This document shows, piece by piece, positions 1-8,223 of a stretch of 64,000 bases of DNA (position 1 is the first letter of the stretch; each line of letters begins with the position of its first letter). The notes beneath the pieces are model-generated. The model was not told the origin of the DNA and did not search any database. It saw only the letters and a list, made by a program, of their open reading frames with translations. The translations under genes and the position numbers were made by a program. Source of the DNA: Candidatus Eiseniibacteriota bacterium (GTDB lineage: Bacteria > Eisenbacteria > RBG-16-71-46 > CAVPCR01); assembly GCA_963702435.1 (NCBI GenBank), contig CAVPCR010000002.1:194612-258611 (forward strand). Reading direction: 5' to 3'.

Positions 1-1240
1 CGTCCGGCCAGCGGAGGAGCACGCCGTCGGTGCGATCCACGCTCGCTCCCGGCCGCTCGGCCGCCAGCCGGGCGGCCACGGCCTCCGGGTCCGCCGCGCC
101 CGCCGGGAGCTTCGACTTGACGATCGCGAAACGCGGGATGGTCTCGGCCAGGCTCTGGAGCGTTCCGCCCCAGTCGGCGAGATGCTGGATCACGATCGCG
201 GCCGCCACCGAGGCGTCGCGCATGAGCCCGAGCGGGGGATAGATCACGCCGCCGTTGCCCTCGCCGCCGATCGCGGCGGAGACCGCTCGGATCCGCTCGA
301 CGACGTTGGCCTCGCCGACCGCGGTGCGATGCACGCGGCCGCCGAAGCGGGCCGCCACCTTGTCGATGGCCATCGAGGTGGAGACGTTGGTGACGACGTC
401 GCCGCCGCCCTGTCGTTTGAGCACGAACTCGACGGCGAGCGCGAGCGTGAACTCCTCCCCGAGCGGCTCGCCGCGGCCGGTGACGAGGGCCAGACGGTCG
501 ACGTCCGGATCGCAGGCGAGCCCGAGGTCGGCACCCGTCTCCACCACGCGGGCGGCGAGCCCGGCCAGGTTCTCGCGCGTGGGCTCGGGCCCGCGGGCGA
601 AGCGCCCGGTCGGCTCGAGATGGATCCCGATCACGCGCACGCCGAGCCGATCGAGGAGCGCGGGCAGGATGAGCCCCCCCGCTCCGTTCGTCGTGTCGAG
701 AACCGCGGTCAGTCCGCGGCGGCGGATGGCCTCGCGATCGAGAAACGGCAAGGCGAGGATGCGGGCGAGATGCCGCTCGATGGCGGTCGAGTCCGTCTGC
801 TCGCCGCCAAGCGCGTCATAGGCGCGAAAGACGAAGCGATCCTCGTCGATCCGGCGATAGAGGGCGGCGGCGGCGCTCGCCGTGAGGAAGGTGCCGTCGC
901 TCGCGATGAACTTGAACGCGTTCCACTCCGCCGGATTGTGGCTCGCGGTCACCGCGATGCCGCCCGCCGCACCGAGTTCCTTCACCATGTTCTGCACGGT
1001 CGGGGTCGGCGTGACGCCGATCCTGACGACGTCCGCTCCGGCCCCGCGGAGGCCGGCCACGAGCGCCGCCTCAAGCACGGGGCCGGAGACGCGGGAATCG
1101 CGCCCGACGACCACCGGGCTCTCGCCCATCTCCAGCGCGAAGGCGGCCCCGAACGCCGCGGCGACGATCGGGTCGAGCCCCGCGCCGACTATGCCGCGAG
1201 CACCCGACACGCCGCAGATCAGACTCTCCGGACGCTTCAT
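1..1240 (-). CDS. glmM: alpha-D-phosphohexomutase family protein, phosphoglucosamine mutase-like (3' end runs off the window)
   Basis: Hand translation of the minus strand from ATG (1240-1238) stays open to position 1: MKRPESLICGVSGARGIVG... It has the catalytic-Ser loop GIAVTASHNPAEWNAFKF, the metal loop ACDPDVDRL and GEGNGGVI. It is absent from the ORF track because its stop lies outside the window. Confidence 0.8.
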   Translation of the reverse strand, partial: MKRPESLICGVSGARGIVGAGLDPIVAAAFGAAFALEMGESPVVVGRDSRVSGPVLEAALVAGLRGAGADVVRIGVTPTPTVQNMVKELGAAGGIAVTASHNPAEWNAFKFIASDGTFLTASAAAALYRRIDEDRFVFRAYDALGGEQTDSTAIERHLARILALPFLDREAIRRRGLTAVLDTTNGAGGLILPALLDRLGVRVIGIHLEPTGRFARGPEPTRENLAGLAARVVETGADLGLACDPDVDRLALVTGRGEPLGEEFTLALAVEFVLKRQGGGDVVTNVSTSMAIDKVAARFGGRVHRTAVGEANVVERIRAVSAAIGGEGNGGVIYPPLGLMRDASVAAAIVIQHLADWGGTLQSLAETIPRFAIVKSKLPAGAADPEAVAARLAAERPGASVDRTDGVLLRWPD

Positions 1241-1284
1241 GATCGACTCACCATGGGGTGGCCCGGCCGGCCGGCGCCGGCCGG

Positions 1285-1318
1285 AAAATGCACACGGACG
1301 GGAAGCGGCTTCCCGTCC
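1285..1318 (-). terminator. Rho-independent terminator candidate downstream of tRNA-Thr
   Basis: On the minus strand GGACGGGAAG-ccg-CTTCCCGTCC forms a 10-bp stem (1318-1296). It is followed by GTGTGCATTTTCC, which contains a T-run. Confidence 0.5.
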
Positions 1319-1337
1319 GGCGCGTCGAGAAGGAAAC

Positions 1338-1413
1338 TGGAGCTGGTGATCGGAGTCGAACCGATGACCTACGCATTACGAGTGCGTTGCTCTACCAACT
1401 GAGCTACACCAGC
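1338..1413 (-). tRNA. tRNA-Thr (anticodon CGU), CCA encoded
   Basis: Reverse complement GCTGGTGTAGCTCAGTTGGTAGAGCAACGCACTCGTAATGCGTAGGTCATCGGTTCGACTCCGATCACCAGCTCCA folds as a cloverleaf. The anticodon loop is CTCGTAA and the T-loop is TTCGACT. Confidence 0.95.
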
Positions 1414-1493
1414 TCGCATGGGGCGGGCCCCGGTGGCCAAGGCCGCGCCGGGGCCCGAAAGGCGGACGAGGGCGCCAGGACCCTCGCGAACAC

Positions 1494-1569
1494 TGGTGCG
1501 ACCCCGCAGAATCGAACTGCGGACACCCACATTTTCAGTGTGGTGCTCTACCAACTGAGCTAGGGTCGC
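1494..1569 (-). tRNA. tRNA-Phe (anticodon GAA), CCA encoded
   Basis: Reverse complement GCGACCCTAGCTCAGTTGGTAGAGCACCACACTGAAAATGTGGGTGTCCGCAGTTCGATTCTGCGGGGTCGCACCA folds as a cloverleaf. The anticodon loop is CTGAAAA and the T-loop is TTCGATT. Confidence 0.95.
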
Positions 1570-1596
1570 CTCGGCCTTTCGGCAAGGCCGCGTTGA

Positions 1597-1626
1597 GAAA
1601 TAGCATACCCTCCCCGTCACGGTCAA
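1597..1626 (-). promoter_or_regulatory. sigma-70-like promoter candidate for the tRNA-Phe/tRNA-Thr pair
   Basis: Minus strand reads TTGACC (1626-1621), an 18-nt spacer, then TATTTC (1602-1597). It lies about 30 nt upstream of the tRNA-Phe 5' end. Confidence 0.3.
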
Positions 1627-1697
1627 GACCGCCGGCGCGCGCCCCGGCTCCGGACATCCGCGCCCCCGATCCGCGCCCGGCCGGCGCCCCGGCGCCG

Positions 1698-2054
1698 TCA
1701 CGCGGCGAGCAGGCTCCTGACCTTGTCCTTGAGCTCGCTCAGGTCGGAGGACTTGATCACGTAGGCGTCGGCGCCCCAGGTCGAGAAATCTGATTTGAAG
1801 GCGGGGTAGGCCGAGTTGATGACGATGGGCACCGCCTTCGTCCGCTTGAGCAGGTGGTCGAGCAGCTCGAGCCCGTCCATGGGCTCCATTTTGATGTCGA
1901 GGACGACGAGATCCGGGCGCTCGCGATCGATCACCGCGAGGGCGTCGTCCCCGGTCTGCGCCGTCACCACGTCGTAGCCGCAATCGGCGAACTCGCTGGC
2001 GTAGAGCAGGCAGAGGCTCGCATCGTCCTCGACGAAGAGAATCCTCGACATCAT
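1698..2054 (-). CDS. single-domain response regulator (CheY-like receiver)
   Basis: MMSRILFVEDDASLCLLYASEFADCGYDVV...PDLVVLDIKMEPMDGLELL...INSAYPAFK. The ATGATGA start overlaps the stop of the upstream kinase. I chose the internal start of track ORF 1698..3242. Confidence 0.9.
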   Translation of the reverse strand: MMSRILFVEDDASLCLLYASEFADCGYDVVTAQTGDDALAVIDRERPDLVVLDIKMEPMDGLELLDHLLKRTKAVPIVINSAYPAFKSDFSTWGADAYVIKSSDLSELKDKVRSLLAA

Positions 2055-4216
2055 ACGTCCCCTTTCGCGCGGCCGGCACGGTCGGCAGACCCGAGGTCGG
2101 CGTCCTCGTCCGCGCCGGACGGCGGAATCCGGCGATCGAGAATGCGCTGCCGGCGGTCGCCGCCGATGAGCCGGCGATCCTCGTTGCCGGGAATGGGCAG
2201 CACCACGGTGAAGATCGCACCCCACTCCCCCTCGCTCCGCACCCGGATCTGGCCGCCGTGCTCCCGCACGAGCTTGAGCGCCACCGGCAGTCCGAGCCCG
2301 GAACCGGTGCGCTTGGAGGTCGCGAACGGCACGAACAAGCGTTCGATCATCTCGCCGGGAATCGGCTCGCCGTCGGTCGCCACCTCGAGGGCGACGTGGT
2401 CGTCCCTCTGGATGGTGTCGACGCGCAGGCGGCCGCCGTCCGGCAGGCTCTGGATGCCGTTCTGGAAGAGATTCAGGAGGACCTGCTTGATGCGGTCGGC
2501 ATCGAGCAGGAGCTCGGGCAGGTCGGCGGCGAGGCGCTTCTGCACGCGCACGCGGCGGCGCTGCGCCTCGTGCATGATGATGAGAAGCGTGTGCTCGACG
2601 ACCTTGTTCAGGTCGGTTCGCTCGAGCCGCGGCGGCGTGAGCTGCGCGAACTCGAGCTGGGTGGTGAGGATGCGTTCGAGCCGCTCGGTCTCGGAGACGA
2701 TCACCTCGGCGGCCTGGCGCTCGCGCGTCCCGGGCGCGAAGTGCGGGATCAGCCGCCGGGCGAAGCCGCCGATCGAGGCGAGCGGATTGCGGATCTCGTG
2801 CGCCACCTTGGCGCTCATCTCGCCCAGCGCGGCCAGCTTCTCGGTGCGGGCCCGGATCACCTCGCCCTCGCGCAGCTGTTCCTCGGTCTCGCGCACGCGC
2901 TCGAAGAGGCGGGCGTTCTCGATGGCGATCGCCGCCTGGTCGGCGAGGATGGCCAGGAACTCCTGGTCCTCCACCGTGAACACCGGTGAATCGAGGAACG
3001 AACCCTGCACCTTGCCGAACACGGCGAGCGCCCCGGTCGGCCTCTCGCGGACGAGGAGGGGCACGCAGAGGAGCGAGCGGGAATCGGTGCCGGCGAGCTC
3101 GGGGACGATGACCGGCCCCGCGGTGGCCACCGCCCGCCGGGCGATGTCGGCGACCGCTCCGCTCTCGTCGCTCCCGGCGAGCGCGGCGCCCGCGGCGAAG
3201 GTGGCCGCCACGGTGAGCGCCTCGCCCTCGTCGAGGAGCCACACGACCGAACCATGGGCGCCGATCACCTGGGCCGAGATGCGAGCGATCGTCGTCAGCT
3301 CGGTCGCGAGATCGGTCGTGGTCAGGATGCCCTTCGACACCTCGTGGATCGTCGAGCGCTCCTCGAGCCGCTGGGCGAGCCGGGTGTAGACCTGCGCCTT
3401 CTCGAGGGCGAGCCCGGCGTGCTCGCCGAGCGCGGCGAGGAGCGTCACCTCCTCGTCGCGGATGCGGCGGCCCGTGAACTGGTGATCGGCGACGATCGCG
3501 CCGAGCACGTGCCCCGGCGAGCAGACCGGGGCCACGACGAAGCTCCGGGTGGGAAAGGCGAGGAGCAGCTCGCGCGGTACGCCGGGGTGGCTCTCGGCGT
3601 CGGCGACCACGATCGGCTTCCCCTCGTGCAAGACGTCGGCGAAGACCGACGGCCCGGCGTTGAGCGGAACCGAGAGCTGGGCGATCGCGCGGTCGAGCGC
3701 GGTGGCGCCCGGGAGCTCGTTCGCCGCGCGCGTGGCGAGCTCGATGAAGCTGTGCTCACCGATCGTGCGCCAGATCTGCGCCGCCTCCTCTCCGCTCACC
3801 GGACCGAGGCCGGCGCGGCCGATCAGGCGCTCGCCGGCGGCGTCGGTGAGGAAGAGGAGCGCGCGATTGAAGCCGAGGGCGCTGCCCGCGGTCACCGCCG
3901 TGAGCACGATGCGCATGATCGCCCCCAGCTCGAGCGAGCCGTGGAGGACGCTCAGGACCTGGAAGAGGAGGGCGTACTCGCGGTTCTTGTCCCTGAGGAG
4001 CGAGACCTCGTCGTTCAGCCGCTCGCCGGAGAGCTGGTCGCCGGGCTCACCGGCAACGCCCGCGCGCGCCGTCCCGGTGGTTGCGAGGTACGGCGCGACT
4101 CCGCCGGCGGCGGGAACACCGGCGGGAACACCGGACACGCTCGCCGGCGAGGCGGACGGCGATGGCAGCATGGGCTCCAAGGCCCGTGTGCCTGCAAACT
4201 CGCCCATGGGCTCCAT
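2051..4216 (-). CDS. sensor histidine kinase with tandem GAF domains (GAF-GAF-HisKA-HATPase)
   Basis: 721-aa ORF. H-box EMSAKVAHEIRNPLASIGGFARRL, N/G boxes LLNLFQNGIQS and TSKRTGSGLGLPVALKLVREHGG. Two GAF-like regions precede them. It is translationally coupled to the response regulator. Confidence 0.9.
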   Translation of the reverse strand: MEPMGEFAGTRALEPMLPSPSASPASVSGVPAGVPAAGGVAPYLATTGTARAGVAGEPGDQLSGERLNDEVSLLRDKNREYALLFQVLSVLHGSLELGAIMRIVLTAVTAGSALGFNRALLFLTDAAGERLIGRAGLGPVSGEEAAQIWRTIGEHSFIELATRAANELPGATALDRAIAQLSVPLNAGPSVFADVLHEGKPIVVADAESHPGVPRELLLAFPTRSFVVAPVCSPGHVLGAIVADHQFTGRRIRDEEVTLLAALGEHAGLALEKAQVYTRLAQRLEERSTIHEVSKGILTTTDLATELTTIARISAQVIGAHGSVVWLLDEGEALTVAATFAAGAALAGSDESGAVADIARRAVATAGPVIVPELAGTDSRSLLCVPLLVRERPTGALAVFGKVQGSFLDSPVFTVEDQEFLAILADQAAIAIENARLFERVRETEEQLREGEVIRARTEKLAALGEMSAKVAHEIRNPLASIGGFARRLIPHFAPGTRERQAAEVIVSETERLERILTTQLEFAQLTPPRLERTDLNKVVEHTLLIIMHEAQRRRVRVQKRLAADLPELLLDADRIKQVLLNLFQNGIQSLPDGGRLRVDTIQRDDHVALEVATDGEPIPGEMIERLFVPFATSKRTGSGLGLPVALKLVREHGGQIRVRSEGEWGAIFTVVLPIPGNEDRRLIGGDRRQRILDRRIPPSGADEDADLGSADRAGRAKGDV

Positions 4217-4364
4217 CCAGTACGCGGGGCGCTAGAAACGCCCCGGCACCTCACCGGCCGCGCGCGTGTTCAAGGGTGTAGTGGCTCTGCCCCCTCGATG
4301 CGGTCGGGAGCGCAGAAGATTGCATCGACAGGACGCCTGCTCCGTTGCCGCCGTGGGGATCAGG

Positions 4365-4380
4365 AGCAACTCCTATGCCA
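4365..4380 (-). promoter_or_regulatory. sigma-54 (RpoN) -24/-12 promoter candidate upstream of the GAF kinase/regulator operon
   Basis: Minus strand TGGCAT-AGGAG-TTGCT matches the consensus TGGCAC-N5-TTGCW with GG-N10-GC spacing intact. It lies about 150 nt upstream of the start at 4216. Confidence 0.45.
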
Positions 4381-4651
4381 CAGCTCGGGGCAGGCTACGG
4401 GGGCACTGACAGGCACTCTACGCCTGTACGGGAGGGCGGTCAAACGATAAGTCTGCAGGGACCTTAAGCGACTCAGGCAGGGCGCTGTCCCCCCGGCTGC
4501 GGGCTCCGAAGGGGCAGCGGCCCTCTGCCCGCCGCGGCTGGCAGGTGGGACGAAATCAGCCGGGGCCGCCGGCCGGCCGCCATCGAGCCGCGAGGCGACG
4601 GGTGATCCCCGCCGCCTCGCTCGAACATGCGCGGGCTGTGGCCCGGTTCTC

Positions 4652-4888
4652 TCAGCCGTTGAGCGGGCCGCTCGGGATCTGGACCTCGGCGGGCGGGGCC
4701 GGCTCGGCGGCCGGAGCCGGCGGCGCCGCCTGCGGTTCGAGAGATGCCGGAACCACCGCCGAGGCGGGGGCGCTCACGGCGCCGGACTTGCTCCGGGTCA
4801 TCCATCCGCCCAGGATGACCCCCCACAGGATCACGATGGCGGCAGCGAGCGTCAGGTTCACAGCGTTCCCGCGGGACATCATGCTCAT
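4652..4888 (-). CDS. small single-pass membrane protein with Pro/Ala-rich tail, coupled to the PilX/ComZ-like gene
   Basis: 78-aa ORF MSMMSRGNAVNLTLAAAIVILWGVILGGWM... followed by a PA-rich tail. Its ATG overlaps the upstream stop (CTATGAGC, an ATGA overlap). No prepilin motif is present. Confidence 0.45.
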   Translation of the reverse strand: MSMMSRGNAVNLTLAAAIVILWGVILGGWMTRSKSGAVSAPASAVVPASLEPQAAPPAPAAEPAPPAEVQIPSGPLNG

Positions 4889-6525
4889 AGCTCTCTCCAG
4901 GCGATCACACGCGCCGTCGGCATGTCGGCCTCGAAGCGGTTGGTGGTCGGGAAGTAGGGTGGAATCAGGCCGCGCCGGTCATACCGAAAGTCCCGCGCAA
5001 AGCCGGTGCGTAACGACCCGTCGTTGTTGAAGGTGTAGAACGCCCCGTAGCGCTCCGTGATCATCCCGCCGCGCAGGTGGAACGTGCCGCGCGGCGAGCC
5101 GCTGTCGTAGTTGTCGACCTTGAGCGACTTCCCGTTGCCGAACGCCATGACAAAGGCGTCGAGATTGCAGTTCTGGGGAGCCGAGCCCCCCACGCGCACG
5201 TCGCCAGTCGCCGACAGGAGGCCCAGCACGCCAGTGCTGCTCGACGAGTTGTAGTTCTCCACCGTGACGTCGCCGTTGACCACGATGTCGCCGGTCGCCG
5301 CCAGAAGCAGCTGGTTGTCCTCGGCGATGGCCGGGGGGGGCGACCCGTTCACCCGGTCGGGTCCACGGAGGCTGCTGACCGTGCCATTGACGAAGGTCAC
5401 CCCGCGCGGGCAGCCGGTGTAAGTGGTCGTCCCGGCGCCCTGGCTCACCAGCGTCTGGTTGGCCGCGCGGTCGATGGTGATGGTCTTGGTCGTCGCGCCC
5501 TGGGTCAAGGCGTAGACTTGGCGCCCGTTGTTGTCGACGCTGGCGCGGTACGAGTTGAGCGTGCCCTGCACATAGAGACCGCCGGTCACCGCCCCGCCCG
5601 AGTTCACGACGTAGACACCATTGGGCGGCGTCGAACTGCCGCCGCCCGTGCCCAGAATCGTATTGATCACCGTGTTGCTCGGGGGCGTCGAACTCGAGGG
5701 GTTGAGTCCCAGCGCCGCGTTCTGCTGGTTGAAGGCGTTGTTCGGCAAGGGAATGGAGGGTGCGCTGCGATTAAACCCACCATGGAAGTTCGGCACGTCG
5801 GTCGAGCCGTTGTTGTTCGCGGCCCGCTCGATGGGTGAACCCCGATTGTAGAACCAGGACCGGCTGTTGACTTGGCTGGTCAGGTCTTCGAAGGTCGGCT
5901 GGTAGGCGAATCGGAACTGGGTATTGGTGTGCACCCGGCCGTCGAAGTACCCGCTCGAGGTGAACCAGATCGCATCTCCTGACGGCATCAGATGCGTATT
6001 GGTGTAGATCAGGTAGTCCGTGAACGAGCCTCGCTCCGCGCTCACCCGCAAGACGCCATCGCTTTGCACCTGCCGCGAGCCACGCTGCCCGAACGCTCCG
6101 CCCGAGGTTATCGTGTAGCGATAGTTGTAGACCTGGGCGGTATCGGCCAGGTCGCTATCCGCAAAGGCTATGCTCGCAGCGGCGCTGAAGCTCGGAGAGC
6201 TCCTGGTCAACAGCAGCTGGCCAGCGGGGAACAAGGCGCCGGGCTGAGTGATCACCGGGCCGACGCCGCTCCACACGTTGCACACGCTGTCCAGCTTGAC
6301 CTGGGCCATGTTGGCCAGCATCTGCTGTGCCGTTCGCACCCCGGCGTCGGCCGCGTAGAGCGAGCCCTTGGCCACGTGCACGTTGGCCGACACCGACCGC
6401 TCGGTGACGGTCGTGGCCATGTAGGTCACGGCCACGGTCGAGATCAGCATGAGCACGAGGAGCGACGTGATCAAGGCGACGCCGCGCTCGGCGCTCTTCG
6501 CATCCCGCACATGGACGGTTCGCAT
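4885..6525 (-). CDS. large PilX-N-domain minor pilin-like protein (ComZ-like size, Gly/Asn/Thr-rich probable beta-rich body)
   Basis: Start ATG 6525-6523 is preceded by GTGAGGAGGTATACC (Shine-Dalgarno GGAGG). The N-terminus MRTVHVRDAKSAERGVALITSLLVLMLISTVAVTYMATT matches the PilX_N pattern. The protein is 546 aa and follows the PilW-like gene. Confidence 0.65.
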   Translation of the reverse strand: MRTVHVRDAKSAERGVALITSLLVLMLISTVAVTYMATTVTERSVSANVHVAKGSLYAADAGVRTAQQMLANMAQVKLDSVCNVWSGVGPVITQPGALFPAGQLLLTRSSPSFSAAASIAFADSDLADTAQVYNYRYTITSGGAFGQRGSRQVQSDGVLRVSAERGSFTDYLIYTNTHLMPSGDAIWFTSSGYFDGRVHTNTQFRFAYQPTFEDLTSQVNSRSWFYNRGSPIERAANNNGSTDVPNFHGGFNRSAPSIPLPNNAFNQQNAALGLNPSSSTPPSNTVINTILGTGGGSSTPPNGVYVVNSGGAVTGGLYVQGTLNSYRASVDNNGRQVYALTQGATTKTITIDRAANQTLVSQGAGTTTYTGCPRGVTFVNGTVSSLRGPDRVNGSPPPAIAEDNQLLLAATGDIVVNGDVTVENYNSSSSTGVLGLLSATGDVRVGGSAPQNCNLDAFVMAFGNGKSLKVDNYDSGSPRGTFHLRGGMITERYGAFYTFNNDGSLRTGFARDFRYDRRGLIPPYFPTTNRFEADMPTARVIAWREL

Positions 6526-6536
6526 GGTATACCTCC

Positions 6537-6626
6537 TCACCGGCCGTCCGGCTCGGCGATCGCCCAGACCGAATCGCTGACGTCTGGCTGGTGTTGGGAC
6601 GAGTGGATGTGCGCGCCACGGGCGCA
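6537..6626 (-). pseudogene. fossil of a PilW-like C-terminus (short open stretch ending ...VSDSVWAIAEPDGR*)
   Basis: Minus strand GTCAGCGATTCGGTCTGGGCGATCGCC (6581-6555) compares with the PilW end GTGAACGACTCGGTCTGGGCGATCGCC (6978-6952), with 18 nt identical in a row. An in-frame TGA lies 29 codons upstream, so only the tail survives. Confidence 0.35.
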
Positions 6627-6845
6627 TCATCCTCGCGTTCCCTGGTTCCTCCATCTGGTCAGATGGTCGGCCCGGTCAGCGCCGGGCCCCTTTTCGCTGG
6701 CGAGACCTGGCGTTCCGCCGCCGCCTGCCCGGCCACGGCGCACGCCCTGACCCTGCGGTTTGCATGTGAGGTCTCCACCGTACGGCCACAAGAGGCCGCA
6801 AAAGCCTCGTCCCGGAGAACGAGCTGCGAGTCACTCCGTGGTTTA

Positions 6846-6861
6846 TGCAGGAGTCGTGCCA
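6846..6861 (-). promoter_or_regulatory. sigma-54 -24/-12 promoter candidate upstream of the PilX/ComZ-like gene
   Basis: Minus strand TGGCACG-ACTC-CTGCA. It shares the 14-mer GGCACGACTCCTGC with the site at 8890-8905. It lies in the 408-nt gap between the PilW-like and PilX-like genes. Confidence 0.45.
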
Positions 6862-6933
6862 TGGGCTGGCTTGCGTGGCCGGTGGGAAGCTCGCTGCGGA
6901 CAGCCAGCGCCCCGCCAGCAGCTGGCAGATCCG

Positions 6934-7797
6934 CTAAAAGGTCCGGGGTTTGGCGATCGCCCAGACCGAGTCGTTCACCGTCCCGTTGCCGCTTTCGTAT
7001 GAAATGCGCACGAGCGGACGCACCCTGTCGACGCTGGTCCAATCCAGCGGATTCCGCGTCAAGGTCCCATCCTGCATCAGGTACCAGACCTCGAACGCAA
7101 CCACGGTCTGCGCCACGACCTGCGGTAACCCGTTGTTCTCAATGCGCACCAGGCTCGGGCGCGTGAAGGTGGTCGGATCGAAGCGGTATTGCGTCCAGGT
7201 TGACTTGTAAACTTCCGCGTTGACACCGTACCCACCCGGGGGCCAGTTGGCGTAGGAGCTCGCCGGATTCCAGGGCGAGGAGCTGGCATGCCGCAGCACG
7301 GCCGGTGAGCTCGCCGTTCCCGTCACCTGAAACAGGTGCGCACTGGCACCGCTGGTCACCACCACCAGGTCCCCGACGCTGAACCCGCTAATGCTCTGCA
7401 CCGGGATGTCAGTAGTACAGGTGCTCATGGTCGCGCGCAGCTTGGTAGCATTGCCGACGAACCCGCCGATGATCGACAGCGTGTCGCTGTTCGCCCCCGC
7501 GTAACCGGGGTCGATCGGCGTGACCTGGAACTGCTGCCCGGAGTAGTTGATGTTGCATGCCAACCGGCCCCAGCCGGAGCCCGCCATGCGCACCTCGCGC
7601 TCAATGAGCTGGCAGGCCGCCCGCGCGTTCTGTCGCGACTCGACCAGGGCGTTCATCCGCTGTGCGTTGCCCTGCGCTCGGAAGAAGGTGGAGTAGACGA
7701 TCGTGAGGATCATCGAGATGATGGCCACCGTGACCATCATCTCAACCATCGTGAAGCCGCGCGATGCGGTGTGTGGTGCTTGCCGCTGGTTAGCCAT
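6934..7797 (-). CDS. pilW: PilW-like type IV pilus minor pilin (prepilin-type N-terminal cleavage/methylation domain)
   Basis: MANQRQAPHTASRG|FTMVEMMVTVAIISMILTIVY carries the G-FTxxE prepilin motif. 287 aa. A GAGG Shine-Dalgarno sits 10 nt upstream. It is positioned after the PilV-like gene. Confidence 0.75.
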   Translation of the reverse strand: MANQRQAPHTASRGFTMVEMMVTVAIISMILTIVYSTFFRAQGNAQRMNALVESRQNARAACQLIEREVRMAGSGWGRLACNINYSGQQFQVTPIDPGYAGANSDTLSIIGGFVGNATKLRATMSTCTTDIPVQSISGFSVGDLVVVTSGASAHLFQVTGTASSPAVLRHASSSPWNPASSYANWPPGGYGVNAEVYKSTWTQYRFDPTTFTRPSLVRIENNGLPQVVAQTVVAFEVWYLMQDGTLTRNPLDWTSVDRVRPLVRISYESGNGTVNDSVWAIAKPRTF

Positions 7798-7809
7798 GGC
7801 TTCTTTACC

Positions 7810-8223
7810 TCAGTCGACCATCGGGTTGACGATCACGAGACGCTGCACCGGGGCCGATGCCGAGGTCGGCCACCGGACATCGATCGTGATCCGCACGCAG
7901 TTGGCGACAGGCTGGTTGTTCTCCACCACCCACGACACCCAGTAACCGCCGGGGAAGGGGTTGCCCGCGTCATTGTGGCTGCCAGCCACCAGATCGGCGT
8001 CGCCCCACGGCAGCGTCAGCAGCCGCTCCGCCGCGGTGGAACACAACTCCGAGGCCCGGGTCTGCGTCCCCGAGTTGGATACGGCGCGGCTGCCAATGGG
8101 CAAGAGCACCGCGAGCCCCATGATGCCGATCCCGAAGATCACGATAGCGACCAACACCCCGATCAAGCTGAATCCGCCGTCCGCGCGGCGGCCGGCGTTG
8201 CGGACTGCAAGGCGCGTTTTCAT
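7810..8223 (-). CDS. pilV: PilV-like minor pilin, with Gly instead of Glu at mature position 5
   Basis: MKTRLAVRNAGRRADGG|FSLIGVLVAIVIFGIGIMGLAVLL is a class III signal-like N-terminus, but reads FSLIG rather than FSLIE. ATGA overlap with the upstream gene. Confidence 0.65.
   Translation of the reverse strand: MKTRLAVRNAGRRADGGFSLIGVLVAIVIFGIGIMGLAVLLPIGSRAVSNSGTQTRASELCSTAAERLLTLPWGDADLVAGSHNDAGNPFPGGYWVSWVVENNQPVANCVRITIDVRWPTSASAPVQRLVIVNPMVD

Noticed and set aside
4217-4651. I tested whether the intergenic region encodes RNase P RNA, tmRNA or SRP RNA, prompted by fragments such as GGGCTCCGAAGGGGCAGCGG, GGGGATCAGGAG and CTTATCG.
   Set aside because: The diagnostic elements are absent on both strands. 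There is no GAGGAAAGTCCGGGC / ACAGAACCCGGCTTA P4 pair. There is no T-arm GGTTCGA..CCACCA and no tag ORF ending in a stop. There is no GGAA-capped SRP helix 8 with the AGCA loop.
6537-6978. I asked whether the repeated PilW C-terminal segment is a diversity-generating retroelement TR/VR pair.
   Set aside because: There is no reverse transcriptase nearby, the repeat is only about 27 nt, and the mismatches (C/G, G/A, T/C) are not adenine-specific.
6659-7042. 127-aa minus-strand ORF and a 29-codon Arg-rich ORF (ATG near 6767) in the PilW/PilX gap.
   Set aside because: The first overlaps the PilW 3' end out of frame and has noise composition. The second is tiny and Arg-rich with nothing but a GGAG nearby to support it.
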